Notes under the pieces: model-generated
Told to the model about the DNA's origin: nothing
What the model saw: only the letters and a program-made list of their open reading frames with translations
The model's database searches: none
Position numbers and translations under genes: made by a program
Source: Beijerinckiaceae bacterium
Lineage (GTDB): Bacteria > Pseudomonadota > Alphaproteobacteria > Rhizobiales > Beijerinckiaceae
DNA: 54,952 nucleotides
Reading direction: 5' to 3'
NCBI GenBank assembly: GCA_947455285.1
Contig: CANGOK010000001.1
Coordinates: forward strand, 1 to 54,952
In this document: positions 1-8,975 of the stretch, in pieces
How the letters are laid out: every line of letters starts with the position of its first letter
Numbering within the stretch: position 1 is the stretch's first letter

Positions 1-2
1 CG

Positions 3-974
3 CTTGAGGAATTGAAGAAGGAAACAACGATTGGGGAATTCGGGCATGAAAAGAATCGAGAGATTCCATGCATCGACCTCTCGGATTTCCCAATGCGTAA
101 ACTGGAGATCTCCAACCAGCTATGGGAAGCTTCCACACAGTCGGGATTTTTCCAACTGGTCAACCACGGACTCCCACAGAATGCGATCGATCAAGCATTC
201 GCCATGACCGAACGATTCTTCGGCCTGTCTAGCGAGGTCAAGGCGAAGTATCCAATGCTCAAGGGGACAAATTCGGGCTGGGAATATATGGCGCAAGTGC
301 GCCCGTCTACGGGCACGGCTGACCGCAAGGAATCTTATCAGATCACAGTGCCGCGAATGGCAGCCTTGTTTCCCGCGGAAGATGAAATCGCCGGCTTCAA
401 ATCCTTCATGCTGAAATTCGAAGCTATGAATTGGGCGTTGGCGATGAAAGTCCTTTCATGCTTTGCGCTAAAAATGAGCTTTGACGAAGACTTCTTCACC
501 AAGCGGCACGACCCTGCTTCTCCTCATTATCAAAGTACGTTGCGCCTGCTTCACTATCTGCCGATGGCGGACGCAAAGCAGGAAGACTTCGAACTATGGC
601 GCGCAGGCGCGCATACGGATTATGACTGTCTCACTCTTTTGCATCAAAAGTCTGGACAGGGCGGATTGCAGGTTTGCCCTGGTAAGGAATTCGACACGCA
701 TGAATGGACTAACGTCGAGCCGCTGCCCGGCGTCGTCACCTGCAATATCGGCGACATGCTCATGCGCTGGAGCGATGACGAACTGAAGTCCACCCTGCAT
801 CGCGTCCGCATGCCAAAAGCGGATGAGTATCAGGGAGCTCGTTACTCCATCGCGTTTTTCGCTCAGGCGGATAAGGATGCGATCATCCAGGGGCCAAAAA
901 GGCTATATGAGCCGATCTCGGCGAATGACTACCTTCAGCAACGTATTGCGGCGAATTTCGCCAAGGCCTCATAA
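3..974 (+). CDS. 2-oxoglutarate/Fe(II)-dependent oxygenase (IPNS/DIOX family), probably 5'-truncated by the window edge
   Basis: IPCIDLS and GFFQLVNHG at the N-terminus, HxD in GAHTDYD, NIGDMLMRWS, distal His in STLHRV, RYS 2OG-binding motif. The frame is open back to position 3 (LEELKKE...), so the TTG at 12 is probably not the true start. Confidence 0.9.
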   Translation, partial: LEELKKETTIGEFGHEKNREIPCIDLSDFPMRKLEISNQLWEASTQSGFFQLVNHGLPQNAIDQAFAMTERFFGLSSEVKAKYPMLKGTNSGWEYMAQVRPSTGTADRKESYQITVPRMAALFPAEDEIAGFKSFMLKFEAMNWALAMKVLSCFALKMSFDEDFFTKRHDPASPHYQSTLRLLHYLPMADAKQEDFELWRAGAHTDYDCLTLLHQKSGQGGLQVCPGKEFDTHEWTNVEPLPGVVTCNIGDMLMRWSDDELKSTLHRVRMPKADEYQGARYSIAFFAQADKDAIIQGPKRLYEPISANDYLQQRIAANFAKAS

Positions 975-986
975 CAATTGAAGAAA

Positions 987-1009
987 GCGGCGGGCTAAAA
1001 GCCCGCCGC
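987..1009 (-). terminator. Rho-independent terminator between the convergent oxygenase and cynS genes
   Basis: Perfect 10-bp stem GCGGCGGGCT-AAA-AGCCCGCCGC. On the minus strand it is followed by TTTCTTC. Confidence 0.75.
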
Positions 1010-1029
1010 GCGTGCTCGCCCAGCGGCGT

Positions 1030-1512
1030 TCAGTCTTCCTTAAAACCGTAAGCAGGGATGCCCTGCTCGTTTTCGTAGTATTTGAACGGGAGGAACTTGC
1101 CGCTCATGCTGATCTTCACGCGATCGCCCTTCTCATGCGGCAAACGCTCCATGTGCATGTCAAAATCAATCGCGGACATGATGCCGTCGCCGAATTCCTC
1201 CTCGATCAGCGCCTTCCAGGCTGGACCATTGATCATCACGAGCTCGTAAAAACGATAGATCAGCGGATCGGTGGGCGGCATGGGGTTGCCGCGATGCGGC
1301 ACTTCATTCAGCATACGCTCCTCGACCTCATTCAATCCGAACAGGTCCGCAGCTTTCTTCGCGAGCGGCTTCACAAGCTTCATGTTGCCGAGCAACGCCC
1401 CGACGACGAGGACCGGCGACATGCCGCCGATTTCGTCGCAGATATGTTTCCAAGTCCATCCTTTCTCGCGCTTGATATCCAGGATCTTCTCGGTGAGGTC
1501 CGACCGTTTCAT
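1030..1512 (-). CDS. cynS: Cyanase (cyanate hydratase)
   Basis: PPTDPLIYRFYE, EEFGDGIMSAIDF, GDRV and GKFLP motifs. ATG at 1512 follows an AAGGAG RBS. Confidence 0.97.
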   Translation of the reverse strand: MKRSDLTEKILDIKREKGWTWKHICDEIGGMSPVLVVGALLGNMKLVKPLAKKAADLFGLNEVEERMLNEVPHRGNPMPPTDPLIYRFYELVMINGPAWKALIEEEFGDGIMSAIDFDMHMERLPHEKGDRVKISMSGKFLPFKYYENEQGIPAYGFKED

Positions 1513-1746
1513 GCTTTTCTCCTTCTTTTCCAATCTATCTCAAGCCTCAACGTGCGAGCTCGGCATGCGGCGCATCACGAGAAAGTCGATGAGTTGCGTG
1601 GGTAGCGGATAGTGCGCAGGATAGCATTGAATTTCCCCGCGTCACCGATCCTCTGGCGGAGGACTACCCACAATCTCCACGACCATCGCGCCCGGGCCAT
1701 TCCTCATCAGAACGATAAGGTCCACAAGATATATCGCCGCAGTTTT

Positions 1747-1764
1747 ATGCAGGGGGTATGCCAA
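1747..1764 (-). promoter_or_regulatory. sigma54 (-24/-12) promoter for cynS
   Basis: Minus strand reads TTGGCATACCCCCTGCAT, which is GG-N10-GC with TGGCA and TGCA elements, oriented toward cynS. Confidence 0.7.
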
Positions 1765-1856
1765 CCAAGAACGGTCCTGACCGCCGCAAGTGGGCGCAGC
1801 CGAATGATTTTTTGGCGGTTCTCGTGTCAATCAATGCGCTGGCTAAAGAGGCAGGC

Positions 1857-1892
1857 GCCGCAGATCCAGGCAAACTCGCCCATCAATTAGGC
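1857..1892. promoter_or_regulatory. Tandem NtrC-like boxes (GC-N11-GC)
   Basis: GCCGCAGATCCAGGC (1857-1871) and GCCCATCAATTAGGC (1878-1892) are 21 bp apart and about 100-130 bp upstream of the cynS sigma54 site. Confidence 0.45.
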
Positions 1893-2027
1893 CACTTGAC
1901 GGATGGCGCACCTTTAGCCGCGATGCTAAATCGCGATGCTGGACGCACGGCTCGCGGCGGAGAAGGCGGACAAGTTGCTGTAACCTAGAACCTCACAATG
2001 ATAGATTGAACACGAAAGGTCATTCCT

Positions 2028-3371
2028 ATGCGGTTATGGATCAAATCGCCCTTGGCTGTGCTGGCTCATGGTGCTGAAGCCGGATTCGTGATCGAAAACG
2101 ATCGAATCGTGGAGTTGCTGCCGATGGGCGCAACGCCAACAGCGCCGGTCGACCGCGTGTTCGACGCCTCCCGGCATGTCGTCCTGCCGGGGCTTGTGAA
2201 CACGCACCACCACATGTTCCAAACGCTTACCCGCGCTCACCCCGCAGCGATCAACAAGGAGCTTTTTCCCTGGCTGCAGGCGCTGTTCCCCATCTGGTCG
2301 CGCCATGTGAAGCCTGAAAATTTCCGTCTCGCTTCGCGGCTCGCCATGACCGAACTTATGATGTCGGGCTGCACATGCGTTTCCGACCATCAATATCTCT
2401 ATCCGCCGGGCCTTGACGACGCGATGGACATCCAGGCCGAGGAAGCTGCCGCTCTTGGCATGCGCATCACGCTCACGCGCGGCTCGCTCAACCTTACCGA
2501 CGAGGAAGGCGGCAATGCGCCTGACGGCGGCGTACAGGACATGGATACGATCCTTGCCGACTGCGAGCGCGTGATCGGGCGCTATCATGACATGACTGAA
2601 GGTGCGATGACGCGCGTTGCGCTGGCGCCCTGCGCGCCCTTCAATGTTTCGAAGCGTCTGATGATCGAGACCGCCGCGTTGGCGGAGAAGCACGATTGCC
2701 AGCTGCATACACACTTGGCCGAAACTCGCGATGAGGTCGACTATTGTCGTGAAAAATTCCAGTGTCGGCCTGTCGATTATCTTGAGGACGTGGGCTGGAT
2801 GAACAAGCGCGTGTGGGTCGCGCACGGCATCCATTTCAACGACGACGAGGTCAAACGCCTCGGCCGGGCGCGCGTGGGCGTCTGCCATTGCCCGACCTCG
2901 AACATGGTCCTCGCATCCGGACAATGCCGCACGCGCGAGCTCGAAGAGGCGGGATCGCCCGTTGGGCTCGGCGTCGATGGGTCCGCTTCCAACGACAACT
3001 CCAATCTGATGGAGGGCGTGCGTCATGCGCTCATGATCAATCGTCTGAGCTACGGCTCTGCGGGCGTGACGCATTTCGACGCCTTTCGCTGGGCCACGGA
3101 GGGTTCCGCGAAGTGCCTTGGGCGCGACGACATCGGCGCCATCGCCGTGGGCAAGCAGGCTGACCTGGCCTTCTTCACGCTCGACGAGCTGCGTTTCTCC
3201 GGCGCGGGCGACCCGCTGGCGGCGCTTGTCCTGTGCGGCGCCCATGCAGCAGACCGCGTAATGGTCAAAGGCGCCTGGCGGGTGGTGGACGGTCTGCCGA
3301 TCGGCGTCGATATCGCAAGGCTGCGTCGCGAGCACGGTGAAGCGGCGAAGGCCTTTCTCGAATCGATCTGA
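2028..3371 (+). CDS. 8-oxoguanine deaminase-like amidohydrolase
   Basis: NTHHHMFQTLTR, APCAPF, HTHLAE, WVAHGIH and GLGVDGSASND motifs. An RBS (GAAAGG) lies upstream. Confidence 0.88.
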   Translation: MRLWIKSPLAVLAHGAEAGFVIENDRIVELLPMGATPTAPVDRVFDASRHVVLPGLVNTHHHMFQTLTRAHPAAINKELFPWLQALFPIWSRHVKPENFRLASRLAMTELMMSGCTCVSDHQYLYPPGLDDAMDIQAEEAAALGMRITLTRGSLNLTDEEGGNAPDGGVQDMDTILADCERVIGRYHDMTEGAMTRVALAPCAPFNVSKRLMIETAALAEKHDCQLHTHLAETRDEVDYCREKFQCRPVDYLEDVGWMNKRVWVAHGIHFNDDEVKRLGRARVGVCHCPTSNMVLASGQCRTRELEEAGSPVGLGVDGSASNDNSNLMEGVRHALMINRLSYGSAGVTHFDAFRWATEGSAKCLGRDDIGAIAVGKQADLAFFTLDELRFSGAGDPLAALVLCGAHAADRVMVKGAWRVVDGLPIGVDIARLRREHGEAAKAFLESI

Positions 3372-3451
3372 AGTCGAGGTGCATGGCTTCGAACTTGCTT
3401 TCCGCTTCGTCGAAGCCGCACCGTCGCGGCTTCGATTCCGGAAGAGACCCG

Positions 3452-4786
3452 ATGCCGCTCCACAAGTGGACCTTTCCAAACGTAGACGACTTCGTGCTTG
3501 CGAACGCTCGCGTGCCCGCCTGTTTGGCCGATGCGCGCGATCTCCCGCGTGGCCCGGAGGGCCTTCTGGAAGCCGATATCCTTATTCGCGCGGGACGGAT
3601 CGCCGCGCTCGCCACCCCAGGAACGCTCGGCTCGACGTCGCCGGTCGTAGACTGCGGCCGGGGCATCGTGCTGCCACGTCTCGTTGATCTTCACACGCAT
3701 CTCGACAAGGGCCAAATCTGGCCGCGCCGCCCCAATCCCGATGGCACTCATGACGGCGCACGCACCGGCGTCATGGCCGACCGAGAGGTGAACTGGTCGG
3801 CGCCGGATGTTCGCGCCCGCATGGATTTCGCCCTTCGCTGCGCCTTCGCCCACGGCACTGTGGCGGTGCGCACTCACATCGACTCGCTCGGCAAACAGGC
3901 CGCCATTTCCTGGCCGGTCTTCGAAGAGATGCGCGAAGCCTGGAAGGGCCGCGTTGATTTGCAGGCGGTCGCCCTTTTCCCCATCGACTACGCGCTTGAT
4001 GACGAGCCCGGCTTCCGGCGCATGGTCGAGATCGTCACCCGCTGCGGCGGGGTGCTCGGCGGCATGACCTTTCTCGGCTCGTCGCCAGACGAGCGCTCAC
4101 TAGCCGCGCTCGCCCGCGTGTTTGATGCAGCGGCGGCGCATGGGCTCGACCTCGACTTCCACGTTGATGAAAGCGCCTCCCTCGAGGCGCGCAGCCTGGC
4201 CGCCATCGCGAAGATGATCGTCAAGAAGCGTTTTGCGGGAAAGGTCGTCGCTGGCCACTGTTGCTCGCTCGCGCTGGCGCCAGACGATGAAATCGGCGAC
4301 ACGATAGCGCAAGTTGCAGATTCGGGGCTCACGGTCGTGTCACTGCCCATGTGCAACATGTATCTTATGGGCCGCGCGGCCGGACGCACGCCGCGTTGGC
4401 GCGGCGTGGCCACTGTGCATGAATTCGCCGCCGCTGGCGTGCCCGTGGCGGTCGCCAGCGACAACACACGCGATCCCTTCTACGCCTATGGAGACCTCGA
4501 TCTCGTCGAAGTATACCGCGAGGCTGTACGCATTCTGCAACTCGACCACACGGGCGCTGACTGGCTTGGGCTCGTGGCCGACACGCCTGCGCGCGTGATG
4601 GGTTTGCCCGGCCGAGGGCGCATCGGCGCGGGCCTTTCGGCTGACCTCATATTGTTACGCGCTCGCACTCTGAACGAGATGAATGCGCGGCCGCAGAACG
4701 ACCGCGCGGTGCTCGTCGCGGGTCGCGCCGTCGACACGACGCCGCCCGACTATCGCGAGCTCGATCCTGTCGTCGGTGCGCCCTGA
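3452..4786 (+). CDS. Cytosine deaminase-like metal-dependent amidohydrolase (substrate uncertain)
   Basis: DLHTHLDKG, DFHVDE, GHCCSL and SDNTRDPFY motifs. The start could be 3383 or 3452. Confidence 0.85.
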   Translation: MPLHKWTFPNVDDFVLANARVPACLADARDLPRGPEGLLEADILIRAGRIAALATPGTLGSTSPVVDCGRGIVLPRLVDLHTHLDKGQIWPRRPNPDGTHDGARTGVMADREVNWSAPDVRARMDFALRCAFAHGTVAVRTHIDSLGKQAAISWPVFEEMREAWKGRVDLQAVALFPIDYALDDEPGFRRMVEIVTRCGGVLGGMTFLGSSPDERSLAALARVFDAAAAHGLDLDFHVDESASLEARSLAAIAKMIVKKRFAGKVVAGHCCSLALAPDDEIGDTIAQVADSGLTVVSLPMCNMYLMGRAAGRTPRWRGVATVHEFAAAGVPVAVASDNTRDPFYAYGDLDLVEVYREAVRILQLDHTGADWLGLVADTPARVMGLPGRGRIGAGLSADLILLRARTLNEMNARPQNDRAVLVAGRAVDTTPPDYRELDPVVGAP

Positions 4787-4801
4787 GGCGCTCGCAACAG
4801 C

Positions 4802-4837
4802 GCATAAGCAACCGGCGTGAACGCCACAATTTTATGC
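4802..4837. promoter_or_regulatory. Tandem NtrC-like boxes upstream of the ABC/biuH operon
   Basis: GCATAAGCAACCGGC (4802-4816) and GCCACAATTTTATGC (4823-4837) are both GC-N11-GC, 21 bp apart, and about 160-190 bp upstream of a sigma54 site. Confidence 0.55.
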
Positions 4838-4994
4838 ATGGGCGCCGTAAGTTTCAGCGCAAAGCGGAGTCGCTCCGCGACAGAGACTGAATAGGCGGGC
4901 GCCCTTCTTCTATACAACCTGCCCTCTTCAGATTGAACGTTTTCAGGGCGATTAGTGGCGATTTTCGCCTTTGAAGCCGCGGATCGAACGCTCG

Positions 4995-5010
4995 TGGCAC
5001 GCTCTCTGCT
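4995..5010 (+). promoter_or_regulatory. sigma54 promoter of the ABC-biuH-trtA-atz operon
   Basis: TGGCACGCTCTCTGCT is a canonical GG-N10-GC about 60 nt upstream of the substrate-binding protein start. Confidence 0.8.
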
Positions 5011-5072
5011 TTCCCTGGTTTCGTACGTGGGCGCGCCGGGGGCGCGGACGGTCCAGAACAGGAGCTTACATC

Positions 5073-6182
5073 ATGACAGATTTCCGCCTCACCCGCCGCG
5101 GGTTCATGCACAGTGCAGGCGCATTCGGCGCAACGAGCCTGCTCGCAGGAACGAGCCGCCCGGCCCTCGCCGCGGGCGTGACCATCGGCATCGTCTATGT
5201 GGGACCGCGCGACGACTTCGGCTGGAATCAGGCTCATGCGGTGGCCATCAAGTCGTTAAAGAACGTCGCCGGAGTGAAGGCGGTCGAGGAAGAGAACGTT
5301 CCTGAGACTGACGCTTGCGCGAAGTCGATGGAGTCGATGGTCAACCTCGACGGCGCCAACATCGTGCTCGGCACGTCCTTCGGCTACTTCACGCCCTTCA
5401 TGGTTGATCTGGCGAAGAAATATCCAAAGGTCGAGTTCCGCCATGCCGCCCCGTTGTGGGATGGCTCAAAGCATCCGAAGAATCTCGGCAGCTATTTCGG
5501 TTATCTCAACCAGGCCCATTATGTTGACGGCGTCGCGGCGGGTCTGTCGACGAAGTCCAACAAGCTGGGCTTCGTCGCCGCCAAGCCTATCTCATCAGTG
5601 CTCAGCAACATCAACTCGTTCCTGCTCGGGGCGCGCAAGGTCAATCCGAACGCCGTTGTGCAAGTCATCTTCACTGGCGACTGGTCGCTTCCCGTGCGCG
5701 AGGCCGAGGCGACCAATGCGCTCGTGGACGCGGGTTGCGACGTCATCACGTGCCATGTGGACGGTCCGAAGGTCGTCATCGAGACCGCCGAGAAGCGCGG
5801 CGTGAAGAGCTGCGGCCATAACGCCTCGCAGGCGCCGCTCGCGCCCAAGGGCTTCATCACAGGCGCTGAATACAAGTGGGAGACGATCTACAAAATCTAC
5901 GCCGATAAGCTCGCGAAAGGCGAGCCGCTGCCCAACATGCTCGCCGGGGGCTACGACAGCGACATGGTGCAGAACACGCCCTTCGGCGCTGGCGCGAGCG
6001 AAGAGGCCCGCAAGGCCGCCACCGCCGCCATCGCCGATCTCAAGGCGAAAAAGCCGATCTATGTCGGCCCGCTGAAAGACAACAAGGGCAACCTCGTCAT
6101 CGACAAGGCCTACGACAACTACGATCCCTATCTCGATCAGATGAACTACCTCCTCGAAGGCGTCATCGGTTCGATCACCTGA
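5073..6182 (+). CDS. BMP-family (purine/nucleoside-type) ABC substrate-binding protein with Tat signal
   Basis: LTRRGF twin-arginine motif, YVGPRDDFGWNQAH and TSFGY motifs. ATG at 5073 follows AGGAG. Confidence 0.92.
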   Translation: MTDFRLTRRGFMHSAGAFGATSLLAGTSRPALAAGVTIGIVYVGPRDDFGWNQAHAVAIKSLKNVAGVKAVEEENVPETDACAKSMESMVNLDGANIVLGTSFGYFTPFMVDLAKKYPKVEFRHAAPLWDGSKHPKNLGSYFGYLNQAHYVDGVAAGLSTKSNKLGFVAAKPISSVLSNINSFLLGARKVNPNAVVQVIFTGDWSLPVREAEATNALVDAGCDVITCHVDGPKVVIETAEKRGVKSCGHNASQAPLAPKGFITGAEYKWETIYKIYADKLAKGEPLPNMLAGGYDSDMVQNTPFGAGASEEARKAATAAIADLKAKKPIYVGPLKDNKGNLVIDKAYDNYDPYLDQMNYLLEGVIGSIT

Positions 6183-6197
6183 ACGAAGAGACCGGTC

Positions 6198-6218
6198 GGG
6201 GGCGGCCTCGCCGCTCCC
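6198..6218 (+). other. GC-rich intercistronic hairpin after the SBP gene (possible mRNA-stabilising element)
   Basis: GGGGGCGGC-CTC-GCCGCTCCC with no U-tract. Confidence 0.45.
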
Positions 6219-6236
6219 GCCTAGGGGGGAAAGAAC

Positions 6237-7361
6237 GTGAGCGAGAGTCTGGCATCAACCGAACAGGCGATGGACAAGGAGAGCGCGGTCCGCGACTTTT
6301 TCGCCCGCTTGCGGCGCGACAGCGAGTATATCGCGATCCCCGTGCTGGCGCTGGCGATTTCGGCGGCGGTGTTCTCGCTTTTCCTGCTCGCCGTCGGCAA
6401 ATCGCCGATCGAATTCTTTCAACTCGTCGAGCGCGGCGGCTTCGGCACGGCCTTCTCCATTCAGAACACGTTACAGCGCGCGGCGCCGCTCATCCTCACC
6501 GCGCTTGCTGTCGCCATTCCCGCACGTATCGGCCTCGTGATGATCGGCGGCGAAGGCGCGCTCGTGATCGGCGGCTTCACTTCCGCCGCCATCGCCATTC
6601 CGATGCTCGAGCGCGTCCCGCCCGCGCCCACGCTTATAATAATGGCGCTCGCCGGCGCCCTCGCTGGTGGGCTCTGGGTGGGGCTTGCGGGGCTTCTGCG
6701 CCATGCGCGCGGCGTCAACGAGACGATCTCCTCTCTGCTGCTCACCTATATCGGCGTGGCCGTGATGAACTTCTTCGTTGAAGGCGCGCTGCGTGATCTT
6801 ACGAATCCCAACAAGCCTTCCACCAAGCCGCTCGGCGACGCCTACATGCTCGGCAAGATCCCTGGCACGGACGTGCACTGGGGCCTCGCCGTCGGCATCG
6901 TGATCGCCCTGTCGCTACATGTGCTGATGACGCGCACGACATTCGGTTTTGCGGCGCGCGTCACCGGCGGCAATCCGCGCGCAGCGCAGGCGCAGGGCCT
7001 GCCGGTGGGCAAGCTCATCGTCGCATCCGCAGCCATCGCGGGCGCCTGCGCCGGGCTGGCCGGCTTCTTCGAGGTCGCAGCCATTCAGGGCCGCGCCAAC
7101 GCATCGCTTGCGGCGGGCTATGGGTTCACCGGCATCCTTGTTTCCTTCCTCGCGCGCCACAATCCGGTCGCCATCATCTTCGTCGCGATCCTCTTCGGCG
7201 GCATCGTGGCGTCTGGCGGCCTCGTGCAGCGACGCATGGATCTGCCGGACGCCACCGTTCTCGTGCTGCAGGGTCTGACATTCGTGATCCTGCTTGTGTC
7301 CGAAACACTTTATGGCCGCTTCGAATTCTTTCGGGACGCGCGGGGGAGTGAGCGCACATGA
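6237..7361 (+). CDS. ABC transporter permease (BPD_transp_2, nucleoside type)
   Basis: Multiple TM helices, with IGGEGAL, VNETISSLL and GYGFTGILVSFLARHNP motifs. Confidence 0.92.
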   Translation: MSESLASTEQAMDKESAVRDFFARLRRDSEYIAIPVLALAISAAVFSLFLLAVGKSPIEFFQLVERGGFGTAFSIQNTLQRAAPLILTALAVAIPARIGLVMIGGEGALVIGGFTSAAIAIPMLERVPPAPTLIIMALAGALAGGLWVGLAGLLRHARGVNETISSLLLTYIGVAVMNFFVEGALRDLTNPNKPSTKPLGDAYMLGKIPGTDVHWGLAVGIVIALSLHVLMTRTTFGFAARVTGGNPRAAQAQGLPVGKLIVASAAIAGACAGLAGFFEVAAIQGRANASLAAGYGFTGILVSFLARHNPVAIIFVAILFGGIVASGGLVQRRMDLPDATVLVLQGLTFVILLVSETLYGRFEFFRDARGSERT

Positions 7362-8278
7362 GCGACAGCCTCGTCGTCACAGTGCTTGTGGCGTTGCTTG
7401 GGGGCGCGCTGCGCGTCTCCACGCCCTTCATGTTCGTTGCGCTCGGCGAATGCCTCACTGAAAAATCCGGTCGCGTGAATCTTGGCCTCGAAGGCACGCT
7501 GGTGTTCGGCGCCATGTCAGCCTACGCCACATCATACCACACGGGATCGCCGTGGCTTGGCGTGCTGGCGGCGGGTCTGGCGGGCGCGGCGCTCGGCGCT
7601 TTGCACGGCTTCGTCTGCAAGCTGCCGCGCGTGAATGACATCGCCATAGGCATCGCGATGATGTTGTTCGGCACCGGCGTCGCCTTTTTCTTCGGCAAGG
7701 CCTATATTCAGCCGACTGCTCCGCGCCTCGGCGCCATCGCGCTCGGCGACTGGACGGGCGATCCGAAGGTCGCGACGGCTTTGCAAGTCAATCCGCTTCT
7801 GCTCATCGGCCTCGCCACTGCGCTCATTATGTGGTGGGCCTTCGCCAACACACGATGGGGTCTGGTGCTGCGCATGAGCGGCGACAGCGCGCCAGCTGCT
7901 CGCGCAATGGGTGTTTCGGTCGATCTCGTGCGTTTTCTGGCGACGCTCAGTGGCGGCTTCCTCGCAGGCGTCGGCGGCGCATTTCTCTCGCTTTACTATC
8001 CCGGTTCATGGAACCAGGGCCTGTCGTCCGGCCAAGGCCTGATGGCGGTGGCGCTTGTCATCTTCGCGCGCTGGAATCCGCTGCGCTGCGTGGCCGCCGC
8101 TATGCTGTTCGGCGCGGCAGGCGCCATAGGCCCCGCATTGCAATCGGTCGGCGTCACACAGGGCTATTACTTCTTCAACGCCGCCCCCTATATCCTGACC
8201 CTGCTCATCATGGTCGCCTCCGCAGGATCGCGGCAGGCGTCGCGTGAAGCGCCGGGCGAACTGTCCATCACCAAGTGA
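7358..8278 (+). CDS. ABC transporter permease (second subunit)
   Basis: [34 protein letters not shown] and PYILT motifs. ATGA overlap with the previous gene. Confidence 0.92.
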   Translation: MSDSLVVTVLVALLGGALRVSTPFMFVALGECLTEKSGRVNLGLEGTLVFGAMSAYATSYHTGSPWLGVLAAGLAGAALGALHGFVCKLPRVNDIAIGIAMMLFGTGVAFFFGKAYIQPTAPRLGAIALGDWTGDPKVATALQVNPLLLIGLATALIMWWAFANTRWGLVLRMSGDSAPAARAMGVSVDLVRFLATLSGGFLAGVGGAFLSLYYPGSWNQGLSSGQGLMAVALVIFARWNPLRCVAAAMLFGAAGAIGPALQSVGVTQGYYFFNAAPYILTLLIMVASAGSRQASREAPGELSITK

Positions 8279-8286
8279 GGCGCGCC

Positions 8287-8964
8287 GTGAGCACCATCCC
8301 CGCCGATCCATATCCCTGGCCTTTTGACGGCGGCCTCGCGCCCGAGACAACCGCCTTTATCGTCATCGACATGCAGACGGATTTCTGCGGCAAGGGCGGC
8401 TATGTCGACTCCATGGGCTACGACATATCGCTCACCCGCGCGCCCATCGAGCCGATCTCGCGGGTGCTCGCGGCGATGCGTGCGAAAGGCTATCACATCA
8501 TCCACACCCGAGAGGGTCATCGCCCCGACCTTTCCGATCTGCCCGCCAACAAGCGCTGGCGCTCGCAGCGCATTGGCGCCGGCATTGGCGATCCCGGCCC
8601 CTGCGGGCGCATCCTCGTGCGCGGCGAACCGGGCTGGGAGATCATCCCCGAACTCGCGCCGGCGCCCGGCGAGCCGATCCTCGACAAGCCGGGCAAGGGC
8701 TCCTTCTGCGCCACCGACCTCGAACTGATCTTGCGCACGCGTGGCGTCCGCAACATCGTGCTCGCCGGCATAACCACCGATGTCTGCGTCCACACCACGA
8801 TGCGAGAGGCCAACGACCGCGGCTTCGAATGCTTGCTGCTGGAGGACTGCTGCGGCGCGACAGATCACGGCAACCATCACGCCGCGATCAAGATGGTGAA
8901 GATGCAGGGCGGCGTCTTCGGGGCCGTCGCGAGTTCGTCTGTTTTCCTCGAACATCTGCCGTAA
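8287..8964 (+). CDS. biuH: Biuret hydrolase (isochorismatase/cysteine hydrolase family)
   Basis: [38 protein letters not shown] (D-K-C triad) and KMQGGVFG closely match BiuH as I recall it. The start is GTG 8275 or 8287. Confidence 0.9.
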   Translation: MSTIPADPYPWPFDGGLAPETTAFIVIDMQTDFCGKGGYVDSMGYDISLTRAPIEPISRVLAAMRAKGYHIIHTREGHRPDLSDLPANKRWRSQRIGAGIGDPGPCGRILVRGEPGWEIIPELAPAPGEPILDKPGKGSFCATDLELILRTRGVRNIVLAGITTDVCVHTTMREANDRGFECLLLEDCCGATDHGNHHAAIKMVKMQGGVFGAVASSSVFLEHLP

Positions 8965-8975
8965 GGGAGGCGCGA

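Noticed and set aside
987-1009. GGCGGGCTAAAAGCCCG resembles the 3' part of a guanidine-I riboswitch
   Set aside because: It is a perfect hairpin between convergent stop codons, lacks the 5' riboswitch elements and has no downstream gene on that strand, so a terminator fits better.
1012-1605. 197-aa plus-strand ORF
   Set aside because: Antisense shadow of cynS.
2034-3479. 481-aa minus-strand ORF, and similar long antisense ORFs at 35359-36726, 38461-39513 and 48728-49846
   Set aside because: They mirror well-supported genes on the other strand, which is expected in high-GC coding DNA, and show no family motifs.
8829-8975. N-terminal extensions in the ORF track (also 4971, 12410, 12976, 21863, 36783, 41279, 50136, 51242)
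   Set aside because: They overlap upstream genes or promoters. Downstream starts with an RBS or stop-start coupling fit better.
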